From assembly GCA_963666055.2 (NCBI GenBank), contig CAXWPH010000006.1:192001-256000 (forward strand): 64,000 nt of DNA. Reading direction: 5' to 3'. Below the pieces are notes generated by a model. It was not told the DNA's origin. It did not search any database and saw only the letters and a list, made by a program, of their open reading frames with translations. The stretch is from Acidobacteriota bacterium (GTDB lineage: Bacteria; Acidobacteriota; UBA890; WLXD01). The position numbers were made by a program, and so were the translations under genes. This document shows positions 60,710 to 64,000 of the stretch, piece by piece (position 1 is the stretch's first letter; each line of letters starts with the position of its first letter).

Positions 60710-63673
60710 GTGGGCAGCCTTCATCCAATCCATCGCCGCTACTACGCGGAGGACCTGGTCCGCCGTCGCCGCGCTGGCGAGGCCCGACGCTACGCAGCCT
60801 CTCAGCGTCAGGGCCGTATTGACCCGAACCCTCACCAGATTGACGCGGTCATGTTCGCGCTGCAACGGATCCCGGAGGGCGGCTGTATCCTGGCCGACGA
60901 GGTCGGCCTGGGCAAGACTATCGAGGCTGGACTGGTCATCGCCCAGCTGCTCGCCGAGAGCGCGGAACGGATTCTGATCATTCTGCCGCGGGCTCTGGTT
61001 GGCCAGTGGCAGGACGAGCTGTTCTCGTTGTTCGGGATCTCGGCGTTCGAGGCGTCGGAGCCGGGCACCGACACCGATGGGCCCGGGGTCTTCCTGGCCG
61101 GCCGCGAGTGGGCCGGCGGCCAGCGCGGCTCGGAGAAGCTCGGCTCAGGCCCCCCGTTCGATCTCTGCGTGATCGACGAGGCGCACGAACTGTTCGCATC
61201 AATCCACCGCCGGTTCGATGGCCTTGGCAGCTACCAGGAGGAGCACAAGGAGGCGCAAACCGCGCACCGGGTGCGCAAGCTACTGGGGCCGTCACCAGTT
61301 CTGCTTCTTACAGCAACGCCCATGCAGAACTCGCTGCTCGAGCTGTGGGGACTCGTTCAGTACGTCGAGCGTTCGGGCACACTACTCGGCCTTCGCCCCA
61401 CCTTCAGAAAGCTCTTCTGCGAGGACACTGCGGGGAAACGAATCATCCCCGAGCAATCGCCCGACCTGAGACGACGTCTCGCATCAGTGGTGCATCGAAC
61501 CCTGCGTCGCCAGGCTCAGGAGTTCCTGGAGAAGCCGTTCGTTGGTCGCAGCGCGCGCCTGTTCGAGTACAAGATGGAACCCGACGAGCGTTCGCTCTAC
61601 GACGACGTCACCGCCTACCTGCTCCGCCCGACCCTGCACGCATTCCGTGGCCGCTCGCGGCAGCTCCTCCTGATCGGTTTTCATCGCCGCATGGCCTCGT
61701 CCACGGCTGCTCTCGCCGCGAGCCTGCAGCAGGTCGCCAACCGCCTTCGCAAACTCGTACGCGGCCCGGAACAGGACGACGCCGCGGAGCTGAGCGCCGA
61801 CTTCCTCGCCGATCTCGAGGACGAGGACGACACGAGCCCCGCCGTGACCGAGGAGACCTCCCCCGCCCCCAAGCGCGCGGACGTTCGCAAAGAACTCGCA
61901 GAGGTCGAGGATTTCATCCGTCGGGCCCAGGATCTGCCCCACGACAGCAAGGCCCAGAGCCTGGTGACCGCCGTGGAGACCATCGGCAAGAGGGAGAGCG
62001 GCAGCCACAAAGTGGTCATCTTCACCGAGTCTCTGACGACCCAGAGTTACCTGCGCGACCTGCTAGTGGAGAAGGCCGGACTGCGCGAAGACGAGATCAC
62101 CCTCTTCTCTGGCGCCAACAACCACTCACGTGCCCGGGACGCCCTCGCCAAGTGGCAGGAAGAAATCGGCAACGGCCTCCCTCCCCATTCCCGGCCGAGC
62201 CCCAACATCGCCGTGCGCCTGGCGCTGGTGCACGAGTTCAGGACCCGCTCGCGCGTGTTCATCTCCACCGAAGCCGGCGCCAAGGGGCTAAACCTGCAGT
62301 TCTGCGACACCATCGTCAACTATGACCTGCCGTGGAACCCGCAGCGCATTGAGCAGCGCATCGGCCGCTGCCACCGCTACGGCCAGACCCGCGATGTCAC
62401 CGTCATCAACTTCCTGGCGAAGGACAACGAGGCTCAACGGCTCACCTTCGACATTCTCAGTCAGAAGCTCGAGCTCTTCGGCACAGTCCTGGGAATGTCC
62501 GACGAGGTTCTCCACGAGAGCAGCGAAGACGGCACCGCAGAGCTGGGCATGAGCCTGGGCCCCGACTTCGAAGCCCAGATCCGCCGCATCTGGGATCGCG
62601 CTCGCTCGGTGCAGGAGGTAGAGGTCGAGCTGCGCCGACTGCGAGACTCCGTCGATGAGCGCCGCCGTTCGCTCGAAGACGTGCGCGAGCACACGGTAGG
62701 CCTGATCGAGAGCCGTCTCGACGAGTCGGTGCGAGCCGTCTTCCGCCAGATTCGTGAGGAGCTCCCGGCGACGCTCGCCGAACTCGACAGCGACCTGGAG
62801 CGCGTCGCAACGGCCTACCTGGTGGCCCTCGGAGCGCAGCACACTGTCCACGCCGACAACGGCAAGCGCGTCATCGACGTGCCAGAGTCAGAAGTGCTCC
62901 CCGCGACCCTCGCCGAGGGCTTCCGTGTAGCACTAGGCCACTCCAGCTCTCTGGAGGAAATTGAGTCGCTCCACGGCCGGCACCCGCTGATCGAGGCCGC
63001 CCTTAGAGAATCGCGGCAAAGCGGCACCGGTGACTTCCGGCTTCGCTTCCACCTCGCCGACGACGGCTCCCCCGTCCTGAAGGCCCGCCGCGGCGCCCGC
63101 GGACGATTGGCACTCACCAAGGTCTCCTACTCCGGCTACGAGAGCGAGGACCGACTGGTGGTAACCGCGATCTTCGAAGACTCCGAGGTGCTCCGCCCTG
63201 CCGAGGCCGCCCGGGAGCTGCTCCGCCTCCCCTGCGAGGACGTCTCGGACATCGACCTCCCGTGCAAACTGACGAAGGACGACCTCGACGAGGTCGTTGA
63301 CGAGGAGATGTTCCTCGATCATTCGGACGCCGCCCGACGCGAGCAGGATCGCTTCGAGCGCGCCCTCGACCAGCTCAACCAGTTCATGGACGACCGCTCC
63401 CTTGTTCTCCGCCGCGAGTTGATAGACGTGGCCGCGGCCCTTGAGAAGGCCGAGACCACCCGCGACGGTGCCCTCGGGCCCGAGGCCCGACAGGCCGCGC
63501 AGGATCGCGTGCTGCGTCACGAGGAGCGAGTGCAGGCCATCGAGGCCGACCTCGAGAAGGTCGACTCGCGAGCCGACGCCGTGTACGAGAAGTGGCGCGA
63601 TCACGCCCACGCCCGCCGATACAAGCCGCCCGAGCCCGAGCGGCTCTTCAACGTCGAGTTCGTTCTCGAATGA
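60710..63673 (+). CDS. SNF2-family helicase/ATPase
   Basis: ADEVGLGKT, DEAH, LTATPMQN, GLNLQ, YDLPWNPQRIEQRIGRCHRYGQ; coiled-coil C-terminus. Confidence 0.92.
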   Translation: MGSLHPIHRRYYAEDLVRRRRAGEARRYAASQRQGRIDPNPHQIDAVMFALQRIPEGGCILADEVGLGKTIEAGLVIAQLLAESAERILIILPRALVGQWQDELFSLFGISAFEASEPGTDTDGPGVFLAGREWAGGQRGSEKLGSGPPFDLCVIDEAHELFASIHRRFDGLGSYQEEHKEAQTAHRVRKLLGPSPVLLLTATPMQNSLLELWGLVQYVERSGTLLGLRPTFRKLFCEDTAGKRIIPEQSPDLRRRLASVVHRTLRRQAQEFLEKPFVGRSARLFEYKMEPDERSLYDDVTAYLLRPTLHAFRGRSRQLLLIGFHRRMASSTAALAASLQQVANRLRKLVRGPEQDDAAELSADFLADLEDEDDTSPAVTEETSPAPKRADVRKELAEVEDFIRRAQDLPHDSKAQSLVTAVETIGKRESGSHKVVIFTESLTTQSYLRDLLVEKAGLREDEITLFSGANNHSRARDALAKWQEEIGNGLPPHSRPSPNIAVRLALVHEFRTRSRVFISTEAGAKGLNLQFCDTIVNYDLPWNPQRIEQRIGRCHRYGQTRDVTVINFLAKDNEAQRLTFDILSQKLELFGTVLGMSDEVLHESSEDGTAELGMSLGPDFEAQIRRIWDRARSVQEVEVELRRLRDSVDERRRSLEDVREHTVGLIESRLDESVRAVFRQIREELPATLAELDSDLERVATAYLVALGAQHTVHADNGKRVIDVPESEVLPATLAEGFRVALGHSSSLEEIESLHGRHPLIEAALRESRQSGTGDFRLRFHLADDGSPVLKARRGARGRLALTKVSYSGYESEDRLVVTAIFEDSEVLRPAEAARELLRLPCEDVSDIDLPCKLTKDDLDEVVDEEMFLDHSDAARREQDRFERALDQLNQFMDDRSLVLRRELIDVAAALEKAETTRDGALGPEARQAAQDRVLRHEERVQAIEADLEKVDSRADAVYEKWRDHAHARRYKPPEPERLFNVEFVLE

Positions 63674-64000
63674 GCAAACCGGAGGCACCCGACGTGGCCT
63701 TTTCATTGCTGCACACCGCCGACTGGCATCTCGGACGCCGGTTCCCGAGGTTCCCGGAGGAGGACGAGCAGAAGCTCACGCGTGCTCGACGCGAGGTCGT
63801 GACCAAGATCCTCGACCTGGCTGAAAGCCGCCGCGTGGATGCCGTGCTGTGCGCCGGCGACCTATTCGATGAGTATGCCCCGGACTCGCAGTGGTGGAAG
63901 GCCGTGGTTGAGGACCTCGCCAGGCGTAAGTGGACCCGTCAGGTGGTCCTGCTCCCCGGCAACCACGATCCGCTCGTTTCCCGATCGGTCTACGAGCCGA
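63670..64000 (+). CDS. Mre11/SbcD-like metallophosphoesterase nuclease (partial, runs off window)
   Basis: LLHTADWHLG, VLCAGDLFD, LLPGNHD; ATGA overlap with the SNF2 stop, alternative GTG at 63694 after GGAGG. Confidence 0.9.
   Translation, partial: MSKPEAPDVAFSLLHTADWHLGRRFPRFPEEDEQKLTRARREVVTKILDLAESRRVDAVLCAGDLFDEYAPDSQWWKAVVEDLARRKWTRQVVLLPGNHDPLVSRSVYEP

Noticed and set aside
1-64000. CRISPR array
   Set aside because: No run of equal-length repeats with unique spacers was seen; the repeats found occur only twice.

Overview
High-GC bacterial chromosome segment, most likely Acidobacteriota (ADOP permease + PadR pair, Oar-like TonB receptor, DUF1501/PSD1 cytochrome cluster). 1-21 kb holds accessory metabolic and envelope genes plus several gene stubs. 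21.2-35.0 kb is a decayed genomic island integrated at tRNA-Ile2(CAT): 44-bp att repeat, internally deleted tyrosine integrase, sulfatase, TonB receptor, IS6/IS5 remnants, truncated HsdR, an amber-interrupted AlbA_2/Schlafen gene, and a low-GC, CpG-poor Zn-finger + HerA-like ATPase pair. 35.3-49 kb is mostly core genome (SSS symporter, dnaG, mutS2, ftsXE, gatB, rnr, tRNA-Leu). From 49.2 kb there are two tandem copies of the 5' half of tRNA-Lys(TTT), each followed by a similar ~140-bp arm. They bracket a 2-kb single-gene element and open a nuclease/helicase-rich putative defence island (HEPN-like, PD-(D/E)xK-DUF429 fusion, SF1 helicase-Vsr, SNF2 coupled to an Mre11/SbcD nuclease) that runs off the window. 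All family calls come from motif recognition by eye, not from database searches. Some frameshifts may be assembly errors.
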